Source: Phoronis australis
Taxonomy: Eukaryota; Animalia; Phoronida
NCBI GenBank assembly: GCA_002633005.1
Contig: NMRA01000012.1
Span: 524,487 to 588,486, forward strand
Length of the DNA: 64,000 nucleotides
Direction: 5' to 3'
The notes under the pieces are model-generated. The model was not told the origin of the DNA, searched no databases, and worked only from the letters and a program-made list of their open reading frames with translations. The stretch's first letter is position 1. Every line of letters begins with the position of its first letter. The position numbers and the translations under genes are program-made. Shown piece after piece: positions 42,647 through 57,600 of the stretch.

Positions 42647-45600
42647 CTGAAACCACAAGGCAGTGAAGTGTTCAAGTCAGATTTTTGAGTTTTCGTTCTT
42701 TCATTGCAAGTAATAATTGTTGTGACTTTTCAGATTCTTGCTAACTCAAAAGCAACAAACGGTTGGGCTTACTATCATCACTAGAGGCATTTAAAATCAA
42801 CAAAAGAAGATTCAAAGCTTCTATAAACTCAGCCACCATCAAAGAATCTAACACGTGACTTAGAGCACTTGGCGATATAAAACTGGTCTCAATTTGCTCC
42901 TTACTCCGGTATGAAGCAATTCTTGGGCTTGGAATGAAGCAGTAGTTAACTATTACCTGAGACCATGATTGACATTGTTACAAGTCAAATTATTGAGCTT
43001 TTCCTCAAACAATTACAAAATATCAGTTCTTCCCAACTGACATTAGAAAGTAATCGGTTATTGCCACCTAAAGGTTTAATTATCTGTCAATTAAAGCCAA
43101 TGACTTTTGATTCATACAACCTACCACTACAAACCTGATCTGCACTAGTTGCATGATTTTTATGCTTACATAACATTGCCAGTTCATTAGTGCTCGAGAC
43201 CTTAGATTCCCAAAAATTGACCTGCTGTGACACTATGGTGCCTGGTCTTGAGTGACAATGAAATATCAGAGCTTCCAAACCCACAAATTGAATAACAGTT
43301 TTATGACAGCAGGAGGTCTAAATCAAAAGTTGTAGTTTTTACATGGGCCAGTTATATGGCAGTTTTTAGTTGGAATGTGGCAAACTTATTTCTTGTACTC
43401 AGAATTGGAACATCATGAGAGTGTGCAACCTCTGTGTTCCCATAACTTTCGACTGCATAACTTGTCCGGTTACCTGTAATGGCCAGTAACATCTTTCTGC
43501 GAGCGCCAAATGTTGAAATCCCAAGCTCCTTCAGGTCCTCATCGGTAAGAGTTATGAACGTGGACAAATCAATCTGCAGAACAGAAAACATCCACCATGT
43601 TATTGTTTATTGCATAACCGACGGAACAAGTCAGCTGTTTACATGACAGTTGAGCCCACTCTGCATTTTATTTGTTCCATAAGTGGACTCAACAGTCAGA
43701 TAAGGAGCTTACTTGTTTCTTTTCATAGATTAAATAACATAAAATACAGACAAAGGAAGAAGTTAAGAACTGAGTAAAATCAATGACAGTTGAAAAAGTT
43801 ATGCGTTCAAGTTGTTCAGGCTGATTTGCAAATGTCCAGTTCTGATTTTTATCTCATAGCAAAATCTTAATCTTTCTGTATGACAAACCACTGGCTACAA
43901 GTTGCAACATACCTCCTGTTGCTGGAACAGATCTGTATATTTGCCTAGTCCCAGTTTACTAAAGAGTTCACAGAGGTCAGACTTGGCAGACCAGATACTC
44001 TTAGAGCCACTGTCCACAAGTGAAGTACTGTTGAGGCCAGAACACAAACCGTTGACTGTAATGATAAATGAACTGCATGTTATATCAAGAGTCTGGACTA
44101 TGTCTCATGACACTGGGCAACAACAGCAGTTTGAAGTGATCAAGCATTACGTTACACTGGTGTGGACGTCAACACTAAGACTTAAGCTTCACTAAATGTA
44201 CCCATGAGCTATCCAAGCTTTGTTTTATCTCACTAGGTAAGCATAATCGACCACATTCATGAACCAGTTCAATGCCATATAGCTAGCAGTTTTATCAGAG
44301 TATCTCGGCTGCAAATTTTCCTTGATACAAGTTTTGTTGAACACGACATTCAAATAGAATGTCGTGTTCAACAAAACTGGTCAAGCAGTTTTATTCCAAA
44401 CCCGTCTCATCTAAGTCAGAATGCCATCTTTATCAAACAGAATGACTGCTATTTACAGGTTAGATTTGACTTGAAGCAAAAAGGATTTTATGCAAAAACT
44501 TGTGGGTTAAAACCATAAAATAACTTGAAGAACATTTATTGCGTTATTTCATTACACTTTCAAACAAGAATAACACAAGTCATGTTAAAGTACTTTGAGC
44601 GACTAACCAGCCAACGACATAACTTACAGGAGTTTAGTCCCGGTGGCTGCACGGAAAAGTCTCCTTCGGGCTTCGGAGGGATGACGGAGGTGAGTTTCTT
44701 TGAGTTCTTCCATGGGTCTCTGTCCACGCCGTCTTCTTCTTCCAGTGAACTCGCCTTAAAATATCAACAATTGTCAATGAAACCAAATACAGTGTCAAAA
44801 CATGCAGCCATAATCCATAGGCAATATCATGCAATAACTGTGCATTCTTAGTATGAACACAAACCAACCACTGATGTGTTATGGTACATCAAGTTTCTTG
44901 TGAACAACACGAGATCTCCAAAGACCATGTTAAGTCACACAAGCGAAAAGCAAGAGTTTCGCGAATGAGCTTGAAGCCTAACTGGCATAGACTAGCAAAA
45001 TGGCGGCCAGTGATGTAACAGATCAGTGGTGTTGGAATCCTGAATTATGTGAGAAAATTCTTGTTTCTTGTTATTAATAAATAATCAAATATTTCTAAGC
45101 TTATGTCTCCTGCAAGTGTCTTGCCATTGCGGAACAAATCAACAGCCTAAATAATGCAACTTAAAAACACTGAACTTGTAAATAGGTTCAACTGAGAGAA
45201 CAGAATATCTGGACAACATAATGAGATCAGTAAAACTTCTTCAATTTACAGCCCAGTATGGTGAAACAGTGAAGCGTTATTTTGTTACATTTCATACAAA
45301 ATAACTAAATAAATTTACTTCATTTTAGCACAGTTTATAATGTACATTGGTTATCAAGTAATAAGTAAAATTCTGGGAATGTAACGAAATACTGCACTTA
45401 GCCTTCGAAAAATGAAAAATAACAGCAATCACTTTAAATTTGTTCAAACCTGAAGAAAGTATACCAAACCTTCAAATTTGAAGCACACATTTCTCACCAT
45501 ACTTTGCGGCCATTGTTGGCCCAGTATAGTGAATGTTGGCCAGTTCACTGACTCACCTCATATGTTGTGGTCATTGTTGGCCCAGTATAGCGGATGTTGT

Positions 45601-48600
45601 TCTGCTTGAGTCGGTCTCGTATCACAGTGTCTGGCATAGATTTGGAGAATCCCAGACCTGACCAGTAATCGGTGGGGTTACGCGTTTCACCTCCGGGCTT
45701 CTTCTGTATTGCTGGAATGACAGGGGAGATAAACACTGAGATCATTGGAAGAAAGTTGAGATGTGGCAGTGCAGTGGTGGGACACTAGCTTATGACCTCT
45801 CGATTTGAGCCAAGACAACTGATGGCCTGACCGTTGAAAGAAAGACGAAGAGAATGCTTTCTCATGATATCTCAACTATGCAAGGTTCATTTTAGAAGAG
45901 CTGAGCAATGGGTCAACTTGACCACACTCTGAATGACATAGGACAGTATATAAATGATTATGTAATCCCCAGTCATCACAATGGGAAATTAAAATTTAAA
46001 AGCACCAAAATATGAACCCTGCTTAATAGTGTAATCAACTAAGACTAGTGCGTATCACATAAGACTAGTGCGTATCACATAGGCAAAGTTCTTAAAGTAT
46101 AACAGCTATGTACCAATCAGATTCACAAGTAACCATTACACAACCAATCAAAATACTATACAACACGACCGAAATGAAGCTTCATCTTGAACATTCATAA
46201 CCAAGTGGAGAACAAACTCAAGTACCTTTTGTTGCCAGTAATTTCTTCTGCTCGTAGTCGAAGCTGATTGGTGGATTTGCCGGTTGACTGGGGAAGCCGG
46301 GAGGTGGCTTGGGTCGATCAGCACCAGGTGGCCTCTTCTCAGAGCTGTCCGACTCCCCACCACTTTCGGATGATTGACGGTCCCCATTTCTGAAACCACA
46401 CAGATATATGTGATGAAGTGTGTCCAGAGTAGCAAGGCAGAGAGAATACAATGTGGTAATTGGGAGTTTATAAACTGTCAGTTTTTAACAGATAAACAAT
46501 CTTAAGAAACCAATAGAACATTCCAATATCAGAATCAATTCACCACGAGCAATTATATCTGCCTGTCATTGTGAGCTGCAAATATGTACATACGTGGAAC
46601 GAGGATATAATGCAAGGCAGATCCACCTTACAGAACATGTTTTATGGCCATAAAAGTCATTGACACACAAGTAAGAGTTAAGACTTAAAACATAAAATAG
46701 AAGCTTTGCTCAGGCCATTAAATCTTTCAGCATTCAAACTGAAGATTCCTTCAGCTATAAATCACCATAGTTACAAATCGGAAAATAATTTTAAATAAAA
46801 CCCACTCGGGTGAAATTTAAACAAATGGTTTCTATGGCTACAAGTCAAGAACAATAGTGCGTGCGTAGGAAACATTCCTTGAAATGCAAAAAGACTGAGA
46901 CAGAAAAGTGGAGAACTCGGTACAAATTTGTCTGGCAACCAGACAACAGGAATTTCAACAAGCAGAGAATATTCAACGTTACATCCATGATTTAGCATCG
47001 ATGAACGAATGGTGGTTAAGGTCTAAGTGCAGATCAATAATTATTTAATGCTAATGTAAATGTCTCATTGTGCTGACTTTATAACTATACTTAGTTGGTT
47101 CGTAATGGTTTCTATTTTACTACCCATCTAAGAATTTTGGCATTTCTAGACTGTGATTGATTAGCATTAGGGACATAAATAAGGTTAGTATTCTTTAATT
47201 TAAAACATAAAATGGCAAAAAGGGACAATATTTGTTAGCATGGCACTGTTTGTAATGCACAGCAGTCAAGCAATATTTGCTAAGATTTAGAGCCTATATA
47301 CCACAGCACTAATGCTTAAAAATGAAAAGTAGCCAAATATAACAATGATTGTTGTCTTAAAATCAAGACCCCTTCTATGATTTGCATGTGTTTAACCCCA
47401 AAGCAGCAACGACACAGCAAACAGTACTCTATCCCTATTATGAAGATGACACAAACACAAGGACGTGGACACTTACTGGAAGGGGGCGCTCCTGACATCA
47501 TGTTCCAGCATGACCAGCGGTGATTGCGGCTTGTTGAGACCCTTCAGGTCGACGGAGCTACCACTGGAGCTGGGTGATCGACTTTTGGGCACCACAACAT
47601 TGACATAGGTGGAGCCAGCACGCATAGTATGTACCTCCACTGTGTGAAGAGAATATACATAGTATGTACCTCCACTGTGTCAAGAGTATATACATAGTAT
47701 GTACCTCCACTGTGTCAAGAGTATATACATAGTATGTACCTCCACTGTGTGAAGAGAATATACATAGTATGTACCTCCACTGTGTCAAGAGAATATACAT
47801 AGTATGTACCTCCACTGTGTCAAGAGTATATACATAGTATGTACCTCCACTGTGCCAAGAGAATATACATAGACAGTCAGAGATCAGCGACTGAGATGAT
47901 AAGTATGGTGCAACCTGCTCAATGTCATACCCTCGGCTTAATTTCATACTCTCAGTTTCCATGAAAATTATGATATCCCAGTAAAAGGGTTCCGGCTTCA
48001 TGAGATTTTACCACATCCATGCTTTGACACTGATACGGTAGCATAAATAACACCATGTCTGGGCAAGATAAAGTTATCGGTGCCCAGTTGCATGAAACAA
48101 TTCCAACTGAAATAGGGACTCAACTGAGTTCCCTAAATCTACTGGGTCTTTATGGAATTGTGAAAACAGTGATTGCTTTTTCTTATGCTGTTTGAGTCCC
48201 ATTACTAAGTCAATTTTTGGATTTGACACAAATCAAGGGTGAAGTCTACATTAAATTCCCAATATTATTGAAAACAAGTAGGGATCTTGTGATGTAACGC
48301 CCCTAATTTTAAGGACTAAGTCCCTAATTATTTTGACTGAATTAAAGGCTCAATTTTAGTTATTTTATTTAGGAAACATCATTAGTCAAAGTTGAGCTCA
48401 CAATAGAGATAAAATAATACACCTGTGAATACAGAACAAACCAAACACGCAAAGGATTCTGGGAACTTAGTAGAGTCCCTGTTTGGGACTGTTTCATACA
48501 ATGGCCGCAGGCCTCTAACACATTTAACTTGATGCAAAGAAAGCAGGAAATCTGAACAAGCAAGTTTGTATGGAGTTTAATACATATATTATTCAAATGA

Positions 48601-51600
48601 GTGAATACTGTTAACCTAATGAAACTTCAATTACTTACAGTCATCCATGGACGTTCCTGGCAGTATTGTAGGCGTGGGAATCATATTTGGAGGTGCGATC
48701 CCATTTATGGTCGGAGGGGGCATCACACTAGCGGACGAGATGAGATCGATGGGACTGGGGGTGTTGCTGTTATGGCTGACCAGAGTAGGAGGGTCCACAT
48801 ATGATGGGGAGCTGGTGGCAGCCAGCACTAGAACACACCATCAGTAACAACTTGTAAACCAGAAATTTATGGGATTCAATGTTAGCGGGTGAACATGAAT
48901 TTCCCAAAGGTAAACATAAGATGTTGCAACATGAAGAAACAATTTCTGTAACCAATTTGTTTCATATTTGTATCGATATGCTATATTTAAAATGCCGTAA
49001 CTATGATTTAAGATTAAAGAACAAAGATGTATTTGCATGCTCCTAACTATGCTAATACATTTATTGACAACTTGTACATGTGAAAACAAAACATTCTGGA
49101 AATAGGTGACCTTTGCACTCATGTGTACCTCGCGGGCACACCTAGCCCACATCATGCAGTGTTATTCCACAGCACCATGTCACGATACTTACTGGACATG
49201 CTTCAGTGATTTGCGGTGGACCAATTTCGTTCTTAAAAACATTCAGCAATTTTCAGGCTACTTCATATTCACATTAGTGCTATATGTTGTGTTTCTAACT
49301 AATTTGGCTAAGCAATCATACCAATAAGGAATTAGCCTGCAAGTTTCACTTTAAAACTAAATCAAAATCATTTGAATAATTTAATAGCATAACATGTATT
49401 TAATATGTCATGGGGTAACCTTCCATACTCCTAAGTAGTAAGCCTGATCATGCATCTCCACAAATCACACCGTCAGTAATTATTTCAATTGGCTGCGTTT
49501 ATCACATTGTTACTTCATTTTTATTGGGATAGCATCCATTTTTGCAATGCCTAAATATAATACCACACAATGAAATATAAATGTCCCACCTGCATTGCTG
49601 TGTTGTAGTGTTAACTTCACCTGAGGGTCGTTCTGGTTGAAGTCTTTGTGTAAACCATTACAGTTAGCATACACCAGCTGTTCATAGGGCGTGGTGGGAA
49701 CTGTAGTTACAGGAGAGAGCATCATCATAGGGCTGTAAAGACCTGTAATAAGAGGGAGACAGAGGTATATCAGCTGTTTATGGGGCGTCACGGCAACTGC
49801 TGTTACATGGAGTAGCATTAGCAATCAGCAGTAGAGACTCATCAGGGGTAATGTAATGATGACATAGCGACCACCGTGGGTGTAAGACAACTACCATGAC
49901 TATTGATATATCATGGACATCAATTGTGGATGAAAAAATACTTCAAAATTGAAATAGATAACACATTTGTTATCAATTAGAGATTCATCAATAACATTAT
50001 ACACACAGCAACACGCTCAACGACAAATTATCAACCAACAGAGAGTTGAACAAATCATTAGACCAGCAACTAGTGGTGGTCAAGTCCACTGGGTGTCCCA
50101 AAGAGCTATCTGCAACCAATGATTAGATGTCTGTTTAGTGGTTATCTGGTTACCAAGGAATAACTAAAAAACATGTCACCTATCTCCACCAAACTTTCAT
50201 TATGGAATCATACAGATTTTTCATGAAACTGACATATGACGGGCTTTGATACTTTTTAAAATGATTGAGGATTCCAATCTGTTGCCCAGACAAAATATTA
50301 ATTTGATTTCTGAGCAATACTGTTATATAATGTATTTACTTACAGCCATGAAATAAAATTTTAAATTTTTGTACATTGTGTAATTGCATCAAAACAACTA
50401 AACAAAAAAGGCATACACAAACACCGATAAATCAGTTCAAGCACAAGTAGCAGAAACAAGTGTACACCATCAAGTGAAGGTATCTGGCAACTACAGTATG
50501 ATAGTCTTACTTGTTGGAGATGAGATCCATTGGTGGGGACTGTTAGAACCATTGCTGCTAGGGGGAGAGCTGTTGTGTTCATTCAGCCCTAGCGACCTCT
50601 GTGGGCCAGTGCTCACACTAAGGACATTAGGTGCAAGAAGACCTAAGAGATTGAAAATAAGGAGAGGCTAGAAAAACCCAAACTAAAAATAGTCACATAC
50701 TCAGAGTGTCATTAAAAAATGGGATAGTTACTGGATACAAGAAAGTGGGTGATTAGAAAGACCAGGCGTTAATGTTTATGGGAGTTGTCTTCAATTTGGC
50801 ACACAGTGTGGTAAAAATGAGGAATTATATTTGTCAAGTTTCTGAACAAAAGTACACTTTGACTTCATCATAATGCATAGTAAGAGCTGAACAGATAAGA
50901 CAAAGCCAAACTTTGGAACAATTTTGAACATTTTCACTACGTAATCAGAATTTGAAAAGTGACAAAATGCAATTTTTGACAATTATTTCTGTGCGGAACA
51001 GTTGAATAATATTTTTCAGCAAAATACATTTGGAAACTGCTGCTACCTCAAACAAGCGAATCATGAAAATGACTCTAAAATAAGGATTAAACAGAAACTT
51101 AACTTGTAGTGACATTAAAATCTGACCTTACAAACACCCATTTTCACACATAAAACACAAATTCTAATGAAAGAAAAGGGATTACAAGTACTAAAAACTC
51201 ACCGTTTGTCAATACACTGATGGGGTATTCTGATGCAATAAAAGGAAAAATATATATTAACTATATATGTTGGCCAGCAACATGGCTGAATGAAACAATA
51301 GAACAAATGAAAATTCCAAGGATTGGAATATACATAGTGGAATAATTAGATAACGTGACTTGGACTTCCAAGCGCATATCAAAGTTAAAACATAAGTTAT
51401 GTGTGAAATGTCCCCTTACCCAAATTTGTGAGACCAAGTGTGTTGACTGAGGGGTTGAGTCCATTTACAGGCATGTGGGATGTAGGTATAAGAGAAGGCA
51501 CCGTCCTGTCATCCCTGTCCAGCCCTAGTAGGATGCGCCGGGCCTCATACATATTGCCAGCATTGCGCTCTATGCTCTTAACAATCACCGACTGAAAGGG

Positions 51601-54600
51601 AATAAAACTTGTTAGCAACAGGCTTTTGTTTCACCAAAGACTCATGCGCGTATTGAAAATTTATCTAGAAGTTTTATCGAGTGCTGCATCAGCGAAAACA
51701 ATAACGTCCATGAGCTTCATTCAGACCACAGTACATTAATTTGCCCTATTTCATACCTCGATTCTGGTGTCTCATAATTGTATCAAAAGAGCCCATACTC
51801 GCCACTGTATGAAACGGGGTGTCCTCTGGTAAGTCATATTACAAAAACAGCGCTCAATGTTACTTTAAAATTATGCCAATGAGAGCTACAGTGACTTAAT
51901 TGAGCATTTAGAGCCAATGGTGAATAATTCACCTTTTTCACATTCCGCCATAGTCTCAACTATGAGCCTATGACCTCTCACACATTGGATACTCCAGTCT
52001 GCAGAGTTATTAAGACTGCTAGTTGAACATAGACATTCAATAAGCCATTGTTGAAGGCTTAAGTGCTCAAATTACTGAGTTGATAATGCCAACTGTAACA
52101 TTATATAAGAATAATTTCACAAGTAATTCTCATTTTGGCAACAATAATAGCAGAAAATAATTAAGGGATTTGCATTAAAAAACTTCATATTTACAAGCAT
52201 ACATGGTTAAAACATTTTGTTTGACTGTTAAAACATTGTCCTTGTTTGACCACCAGAGGTCTATAGCTTCACTGTGCCTTGATATCTTTACAATGCTTTC
52301 ATACAAAATACTCACAGCAATTATTATTCAACTATGGATAAAAAGGGATGCCATCTATAAATATCTACTGTGCTGACTAAAGTCATACTAGGTAGACTTG
52401 TCTAAATTATGGACTTCTGAAATTAGCACTGGGGACCCAATGGTAAGCAGTGTGAAGTGATGGGGCTACCCTCATTGTAAATATATCAATAACAAATAAA
52501 TAAATAGATAACAAGAGAAGACTTTGCAGATTGTAAAATTCAGATACAATGTATGAATTCTTCACTTTGATGCATGGCGTAGTGGGAGAATGAGATTTCA
52601 GTTTGAAATATTTCTCAATGAAAATAACAAATAAGATAGCTTTGCTCACTACTAGCACTGACTAAGTTGAGCATATCATTTTCATCATTTGCACGGAATG
52701 TCTATAAATGTTAAAAAATGGAAAAATAAAATTCAAACACAACAAAATACTGATAAAATGAGTGAATACACCAAAGGCCACTTCACTGGTTAACCTTGAT
52801 ACAAAGCATTATGATGTCAATGAGGACATAAATAATAAATTACTAACTCCAGGTTTGCGTGACAAGGCCCATTTTTATTATTTTTGCAAATTGTGAGATA
52901 AAGGAATGTTTCATCTCATCACGCTATTGAACAGCACAAATCCAGCAAAATGGACATGTACCAAGTAATTCCAGGCCATTCATTGAATTTCAATATACCA
53001 TATTCGGCGTAATAACCGCCCATGCCCCTATAAGCACCCCCACGCGTTTTCAGACTTTGCTGAAATAAGCGCCCAGTCCATGAACGTGTACACGCGAACA
53101 ATGACGTACCTACAGTCCTAAAACTCGGCTACAGTAACGTCTTCAATTTATCAAAAAAAATTTGCACGGGTCTTCTAGACCACCAGCGGCACTGCTACAT
53201 TTGTATTTAGCCGTGACTATACACTTCAAAGTAACGCAGTGCTTCAAAAAGAACGACCATGTTCCACTATGGTCTGACCTTTCAGTAGACACATCGACTG
53301 TCTCATAAATAAAAATAACTCAGTGTTAAACGCACGTGGCCAGGCAGCGTGCGCTACAAACATGAACCTGTCATCAAAGACATTAGTCGGGAACTATCCA
53401 TTCATGAAACAGGTAGCATAGCATCGGTAAGAAATGAATATTGGCACTAATTTCCGACAATTTCTAATACTATAAAACATGTTCGAGTTATTTTTGAGAT
53501 GGATTGTTTGATTAACCATCATTGGTGTTTTTAAGCCGAATATCCGACAGTGAATGCTTACACACCCTTACACCGAAAAATAACTGTCAGTTAGGCTACG
53601 TACGCATCCAGCTACACGGCGACTAATATGGGCCTTACCGAGACAAATATCGAACGTTTTTAGCACATGAGACCGACAAGTGCTGAATGAAACAAGCTCT
53701 GGTTTAGGCCTACTGCTTGTGCAAATTTCTTTAGACACAATGAACATCTGGCTCGTTAGATTGTGTGGCTCTAGCCAAAAGACGGTCTCTGCTTTGGCAA
53801 ATGAAATCTGGTGACACGCATGCGCTCGCTTACTCGCAGACGAACATCAAAACAAACGCCACGTGACAACAACATGTGTGTTCATCAAGGCATTTTTCTC
53901 GCCGTGTTGCCGATCATACATTTAGATGGCATGATGTTGCACAGATTTGTACTTAAACCTGCCGTTAATCCAGACTCCACGGGAACTTAAAAAATCTTAG
54001 GGACGCTACTTAGAAAACTTAATGAGGATTTCAGGTAATTTGCTTGAGTCGAAACTATTTTTATTCAAGCATTATCCAAGACGGTGATTTCGAGGCAGTC
54101 AGTCGGCGAGTTTTCACCCAGGGATTTCAGCACAATTTTCTGTAATTTAGTTTGGTAGCAACGCACCACAGTTTTGTTGAAAGTCTTTCATAGATTACAT
54201 CACAGATCGTAAATTTGATGAATCTTAGCTTCCGATTTCACCCGTTTCAACCGCCTTGGGTTATAATATAAGCACCCCCCTGAACCGAACTTTTCTAAGC
54301 GCCCTGGGCGGTTATTACGGCGAATACGGTAGATTATTTATCTCATTTATCAATTTTTGAACACTGTTTTATCTCTCACTTCACACATTGTGCTTTGAGT
54401 GTTTTCAACAATTTGACAAATTCAAAAACCAATAACTTCAGTCATTATGGTTGGCTATTTGCTGTCAAAGCCACAAAAAGGCTAAATTTCCTAATCCACG
54501 CTACCACAAAGCTAGTCTTTGTCAGTTGAACAATGTCACCATTCATACCCTGTACTTAAACCAACAGACAGGAATAAAACTAAAAATAAACAAATGAGGC

Positions 54601-57600
54601 AGGTAACAAAACACTGCCAGGCTACTCCCACCCCTTGTCAATGACACCTCATTGTTGTCACTGCTTTCAGACAAGTATTACATTGTTTGATATCCCAGGT
54701 ACAATTTCCAGGTATGATATAATGACCCTTGCCCAGGGTCTGCATACAATGCCCAGGAAACTGGACAGGAAATGCCATCTGACCAAGTAAGAGAGGTCTA
54801 GTGACACATCAGAAGACTGTTTTAGACTTCTGAGAAGTGAATAGTTCATATGACACAATCCATGTCTACAGAATAGATTACAAAAGACGTAACAAATTAG
54901 CTGTGTAATATCTCTTTGGAAGGTAACACAGTTATCAGACGACTACTATGATATCAACAACAAACTTTTGTATTACGAGAGGAAATTAAATGGCACAATG
55001 TTTTATTTATTTGGAACACAATTAATATCGATACTGAAAAATCTTCAACACAAACTCAGGCCATAATAAGAAGCAGTCACAACAACAACACGAAAAGATG
55101 TCTGGCTCTTACACTATCACTGTAATAACTGTCCTTGTACCCACAAGACATACTGACCACAATATTACCCAACTATAAGATAATTCAAGGTACTGTGGTT
55201 ATATGACAGACTCCAAGAAATCAAACAATGCCACTTCACACAACAGGCCAGTAGGTGTGGTCATAAGATTGAATAGAAATGTCACAGGCTTAAAAATAAA
55301 ATGCTATTTCCTTCCTCTTATGGACCATTTAAAGTCTCCAATCAACCAAAGTGTGAACATAAGTTCTGTACCCTGAATGACAACAAGGCACAGTACTAGC
55401 ATTTTGATCATCACATCGGTGATAATTCTTTACCTATTTTTTGCAAAGGTTGCCTACCTACTAGCTACAAATAATAAACAGATTTTCAAGTATTATCTTT
55501 GACAGTTGTACAGAATATTCCAATTTTACAACACATTGTATTTCAAATAGGTGAACAGTTGTTGCCAATTATAAGCTCACCAGCGACTCCATACCAAATG
55601 GCAGCAAAACTAATACTACAATTTCACTGCAGCAGCAGAAATTAAAAAAAAAACGAAAAAAAACGTGGAGTTTGGAATTCCAAGCACTTAATGGCTGACA
55701 AGTCACATTCTTTGGAAAGCTTGAATTGTAATTTTCTAATAAATAACCTGGTTATTGGAGATGGAATAGAAACAAATGACAACCTGGATAAATATACAAA
55801 ATTGTTGTTGAGCTCTCAGCATGAGAAGCCTCACTGCTAACGATATAACGATATAACGATATAACCATGTGAAATTTATGTAAGCTGAAGAGCAGTGGGC
55901 CAACCATGAAAGTTGCCTGGTGCGTCTGACTTACCTTGCTCGGCTGTTTTGGTTTGGGTTTAACGCTGATGAAAATGTCCAGCTGTTCCATTAGCTGTGT
56001 GATTGTGCCTACAAAGGAAGAACCAGGCAAGTTAAACTGCAACTATCCAAGTAGTTTGACAAGCAAGTTTATCATGTTTTGGAACAGTTTCAAAATTAGA
56101 ATCATTATCCTTGTGAAAAGGAAAAAACAAATGCCTTTTGTACACCTGAAAGTGATTCAATAAAAAAAAATTATTTCTGCAACTTGTCTGACATCAGTGA
56201 TTGCAACGTTCACTTAGTATAGCAATGAGTAAAGAGGCTCAGAGAGGGTTTGGATGATTACTAGCACTATGACAGCTACTGACAGGAGCATTTCACCTTT
56301 GGCAAGGTGTCACAAATGTCAACTTCAGCTCATCATTGGAACAATACAGGTAAGAAGTATTGACACAGGTGTAGCCTCATTAACTCACCTTGGTCTATCT
56401 CCACTTCTTCCTTCATGTCAAACATGAGCACTAAAGGTAAACAACCCTGGCAACAGAACAACAACACCATAACAGTGAAAAAACACCAAAAATAACAACG
56501 GGACAATAATGTATTACACAAGAACCATGACCTCACATTTACTGAGACCACGCCTCCCGCTCCTGGGGCTCCACTTCATGTACAGTCTTTTGTTAAAATA
56601 ACAAACACACAAGATATTGCATTTGATATTGAATATGACATCTCTGGTTATATCATTTCCTCTCTTACAATGGGAAATTCGATGTTGTTTCACCCGTCTC
56701 GACTTTCCATTGAAGAAGACAATGAAGTGTTGATCACTTTGTGCTGGCCATCAAACACAAATGGGATAGGCTTCTATTGACCTCTGCCTCAAGTCATTTC
56801 ACTATTGTCGCTTCTTGAGCAGATTTCTCACGGAACAATGGATGTGTAAACTAATAATGTCTCTAAAAGGTAGGTTTTCCCAGGTAATAATAGACGTGTA
56901 AACTAATAATGTCTTGCACAGGGAGAACATAATGAGAGGACACACATAGCAGGCCTGACGCAAAACTGGAACCTGTGCAGCACCGGGGTGGTCACATCAG
57001 CAGCTGAGGTATTATGGTCAAGATAAAATTAGCAGGAACACATATTAATAGTAAACAAAAAACAAAATATGTTCAGAACATGTCACTTAATTAACCTTAA
57101 AAATATAACTGTTTTTTGTTCAAACCTTTTCGGACTACAGTAGCTTTCAAAAAGATGGGTTATTTTGTCGATATTTGCCTGGCTTCCCTGTGGCTGAGCA
57201 AGTTGTGGCGAAACCCAACAGCAAACAAGACAAAAAACAACATTAAATAATTTGCAAATTAGTTGAAACGTTTCTCAGAAAATTTGATTCAATTCTTATT
57301 TGAAGGTTATTAACTGTAGACAGACTACAGATAACACGAACTTGCACAGACATGCATTTATTACTTTATTGACGGCCACTATGAGTTAAATTACAAAGTT
57401 TGATGAGCAAAATTGACTGACAGGAGGGTGAGAAAGGGAGAATGAGATCAAATACAGGGTAAAACCAAGAATTTCATGTAGACTTGCCAATAAAGAATGG
57501 TAACGCAAGTTGGTCACGTGACCAACAGAGATAGTCAAAGTGTGTGAACCACGAAAGTAAGAAGATTAAAACAAGGTAAAATCAAATTAAATGTGATCTA

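Noticed and set aside
47558-48001. 147-aa ORF with repeated peptides
   Set aside because: Read-through of the 35-bp minisatellite in the wrong frame for BicC; not an independent gene.
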